DNA of 64,000 nucleotides from Tubulanus polymorphus (Eukaryota; Animalia; Nemertea): NCBI RefSeq assembly GCF_964204645.1, contig NC_134031.1, positions 6,448,001 to 6,512,000 of the forward strand, read 5' to 3'. Shown piece by piece: positions 60,301 to 64,000 of this stretch (position 1 is its first letter; each line of letters starts with the position of its first letter). The notes under the pieces were generated by a model. It saw only the letters and a program-made list of their open reading frames with translations, ran no database searches and was not told where the DNA came from. The position numbers and the translations under genes were made by a program.

Positions 60301-63300
60301 CAGTCCACGTCAATGTAGTTAACTTTTCAATGTATCCCTCGTGAATGAGAAGTCGAGAGAAGCGGGAGGTCCTGGTACTGAAATATATGCAACAGACAAA
60401 TTACTTATAAAATACGAATTTACATCTACTTGATGACGACAACTAATAGCATTTTTAATGGACCTACAGTAAAACAAACATGTTCAACACAATTCTGTGT
60501 TTGAATTGATGATTAAGAGTTTATTAGAATGAGAGGTTTTGGTTCAACTCCAGAATAGGTCAATATATTTTACCTGCACACAAAGTCTGTACAGTTAGTA
60601 TTGGACTAGTCTGACTCGCAGTTGATATAAGTTGACTGTTCACTAATTTCTGTAGTTTAACAGCTATCTTATACCCGGTATTAGGAGTTAAACCAGTAAT
60701 TGTGTGATGTGTAAGGACTCCTGCAGTTTCCTGATTAGTCCAAGTGTTTTCTGATATCTTACGATAAACGACTTGATACAGAACGCTGACAGTTCCACGT
60801 CCTGAATCTACTACAGAACCCGAGTAAGCTGTCCAACTGAATATTACACTGTTATCTGTCAGCACAAATTTTGTTAATTGAGAAAACAACTTAAATTCTG
60901 AAAAAGAAATCGATGTTAATATCAGGTGAATCAAATAAAATAAAGGGTAAGGATCTTTTACTTTCGGTAGTTTTGACTTGGTATCATTTTCGATTCATAT
61001 TGGTTACTATATTCAGGGAATAGGGAGTGAGATTCTTAGGAATCTGTGATTCAGTGTAATATACCTGACTCGCACCACTTTCCGATGTAATTCTGTGAAC
61101 AGCCAGATTGACAGATACCACTCAAATAGTCACAACTTTCATTGTTGTAACATCTACATTCAATCATACATCCAAATGAGTTCGATCCCTTACTGCAATC
61201 ACCAGGTGCTAAACAGAAATTCAAATTTGATACGAAAAATATGAATCGTTCGATCTTTCGGAAATATATTCCCATTACAAGTCACTGAATATTTTTATGA
61301 ATCGATCTAATTTTAACAATAATATAATCCTTAAATGAATGGGTGCTTAAAACAAAATTTTGGTATTAAAGGGAGACTTCTTTTCATTTCAAAATTTTTC
61401 GTTCGGGGGTAAATTCTATATATACAAGTCACTGAATATTTTCGAGAAAAGCAAAATCCATTTCCATACTTTTTATAGTTTACACATATATATATATAGT
61501 CATGTAAACATACCGATATATTTGAACCCAATAACTTCTATTTCTGCCAGGCCGAGATACTCTTTCTTATTAATGATCTTGTGTTGAACGGTGACGTATT
61601 GTCCAACTATAGGACCTGTGCTGCATGCCAATGTTTTATGTGTACCACAGAGAGGGGGGCCCTGGTAAGCACATATCGGGTTAGATGTAGAAATACTCGA
61701 GCTATTTCCAACTCGAATTTCCAAATTGCGCGCACGTATTTCTGAGAAAAATTAAGAAGCTTTGAAATATGACAGATTACTCCATGAAAATAGAAAATAA
61801 TGCACGAAATCAGGGAAGCTAAAGATTGCTCTGGGTGCAAAACTATTCTGTTCAAGTTCTTTTGAAAAAGAAATATTAAAATAAATTTATTGTTTTCGAC
61901 AGGCGCAGATACTCTTTCTGCCAGGCCGAGATACTCTTTCTTATTAATGATCTTGTGTTGAACGGTGACGTATTGTCCAACTATAGGACCTGTGCTGCAT
62001 GCCAATGTTTTATGTGTACCACAGAGAGGGGGGCCCTGGTAAGCACATATCGGGTTAGATGTAGAAATACTCGAGCTATTTCCAACTCGAATTTCCAAAT
62101 TGCGCGCACGTATTTCTGAGAAAAATTAAGAAGCTTTGAAATATGACAGATTACTCCATGAAAATAGAAGATAATGCACGAAATCAGGGAAGCTAAAGAT
62201 TGCTCTGGGTGCAAAACTATTCTGTTCAAGTTCTTTTGAAAAAGAAATATTAAAATAAATTTATTGTTTTCGACAGGCGCACGGCCCCTAACACAAATGT
62301 ATAGTTATCGACTGAAAATGTTGACACGTTGAAAAAGTTGATTCAAAATTTTCCAATAACGTATTTTTTACGATGTTGTCTTCCATGGATACCACAGACA
62401 CATTGTTGTCGAACTGTTTGATTCTATTGATTATTGATGACTCAGAGTTCGATATTTCGGTAGAGTTCAATATTTCAACTCATCTTGGTTAAACGTAGGG
62501 TAACTGAAAACTGTGTGGAACTGAGTCCGGGATATTTATTTGTGATTCCTAGAATCGATCATTAATTGGTTAATTTTGAAGATATTTCATCTACTAGACG
62601 GGATTTATATCTAACGAGACTTTTCCAGTTAAAAGTTCTATTTTTTCAGATTTGACCGAAATAATCAATGAAATAATCAAAAATGATAATTCATACTCAC
62701 GCCACTGAGCGGTGCAACCAGTCGCGTCTATTCTATCCCAAAGTGTAACATTATGTACCACGTATTGAGTTCCGAGATCAATTCTAATCCAGGCGTTTAG
62801 ATGTGACATATATGATCACCAGCCGGCCCACGATCCGTCTGACCATCTGTACATTTATCACCAGTCCCGTGCGCTATCAAATGGGATGACATTGTAACTG
62901 TTTTACCACGAGCGATGTTACCTACAAAACACATTTTGTGTATAAAAGATTTGAATTATTTCACGAATTTTCAAAACGAACAAAAACAAATTGATTCAAA
63001 GTTATTTCACAATTTCAACTAGAATTTAAAAAAACTAACATTTTTTTTCTTTACGCGATGAAATAATTAAGAGTTGATCTCAGTTCGTTTACAGTTCCCG
63101 GATGTTTCATGAATCTATGATATTTTTACTAATAGATTTTTTCCCGCTTATGGATTAGTGAAGTTAATCCGTGTATGGATTAGTGACGTTAATCTGTATA
63201 CGGATTTATAGTGTTAGTGTTATTCCGTTAATCTGAGATAAATCTAATGACATTTACATCATTCATTTGTATTTCTTTAAGATTTATTTTTGTAAAGGCT

Positions 63301-63836
63301 TTTACGGAGTTAATCCGTTAATCTGATATAAATCCGAGGTTCAGTGATATTTGACCTGACCCCGGTTTACTGAAGCAAAAACAGAAAACTTACCGATTTG
63401 ACAAGCTGGTCCGGTCCATCCTGGTGGTGTCCAGGGATACGGAGTTTTTATTGTAGACTCACATGCAGTGTTAGGATTCGGACACGTTAAAGCGCCATCT
63501 ATATTCTGTCCCTTTATTGGACATATGTTCACGGCTGTATTACTGCAATGACACTCCCAACCAGTACAACTCTTCCCAAAACATTTCGCTGAAATGACAA
63601 AAAGAAGATTATTTTACAAAAATATTCTCCAAATGCTGTTCTCCAACAATAATTACCTTCTTTCTCTGGTTATCATCGGTGCTCTCTTATGGATTGAAAT
63701 CGTACAATTTACGATTTCCACATTTTTTACAGCTCTGGAACCAACGATTATTGATTAACTCACCTGATGTGTTTGTGATGAATAAACATAGAATCAACAA
63801 CAGCAGAAAACGAAAGATGTTTCTTTCACGATACAT
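57305..63836 (-). pseudogene. Receptor-type protein tyrosine phosphatase (signal peptide, EGF-like, F-type lectin-like, FN3, TM, PTP), apparently degenerate
   Basis: Exon 63836-63764 MYRERNIFRFLLLLILCLFITNTS; GWTGPACQ; NIARGK..WIRIDLG..GQYVTV..LAEIEV; FN3 exons; TM GIIGGVVTVVLILLLVAVALYIVW; KNRFPNIL, DYINANY, WRMIWQE, KCHLYWP, WPDHGVP, IHGSAGAGRTG. Frameshifts near 62800 and 60357; no Q-loop found. Confidence 0.85.
61541..62280 (+). repeat. 366-bp near-perfect tandem duplication covering most of one exon
   Basis: 61541-61906 repeated at 61915-62280 with an 8-nt junction agatactc. Confidence 0.95.
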
Positions 63837-64000
63837 TTTGTTTATCTGAATGACGCAGTATGATATCGCTCACATATCTATGCAATTAACTTCCTTTTGA
63901 TTTTCAAATAAATCATTTTTAAAGGAAGTTTAAACAAATTTCAGATTTGCTAGTTTACTTTGCTCTGAGGGGGGAGGTTAGGAAGGAGGCCAGAACAGAA

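Overview
AT-rich, intron-containing invertebrate (probably lophotrochozoan) genomic DNA, not a prokaryotic window. Read with splice sites, it contains: (1) the 5' part of RAPGEF1/C3G on the minus strand (coding exons 23675-23651, 18997-18699, 9444-9272, 1043-893), head-to-head with (2) a complete 8-exon TRMT1L-like tRNA methyltransferase gene (24212-30541) whose DPFG motif reads NPCG; (3) a tandem duplication (about 31.5-36.2 kb and 37.6-47.1 kb, with an internal inversion), each copy carrying a small spliced gene for a 57-aa secreted Cys-rich prepropeptide and a decayed rhodopsin-class GPCR; (4) a full-length but frameshifted tyrosine-recombinase (DIRS-order, PAT/Ngaro-type) retrotransposon with split direct repeats (40939-47076) inserted in the second GPCR copy; (5) 31-bp satellite arrays in foldback arrangement with Helentron-like inserts (48.1-53.7 kb); (6) a decaying lectin-EGF-FN3-PTP receptor gene (63836-57305, minus). 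Introns and intergenic DNA hold many MITEs, a SINE, LINE fragments and minisatellites. The most novel-looking items are the duplicated toxin/neuropeptide-like precursor pair and the dyad site at the retroelement's internal junction. All calls were made by eye and from recalled protein families; no searches were run.
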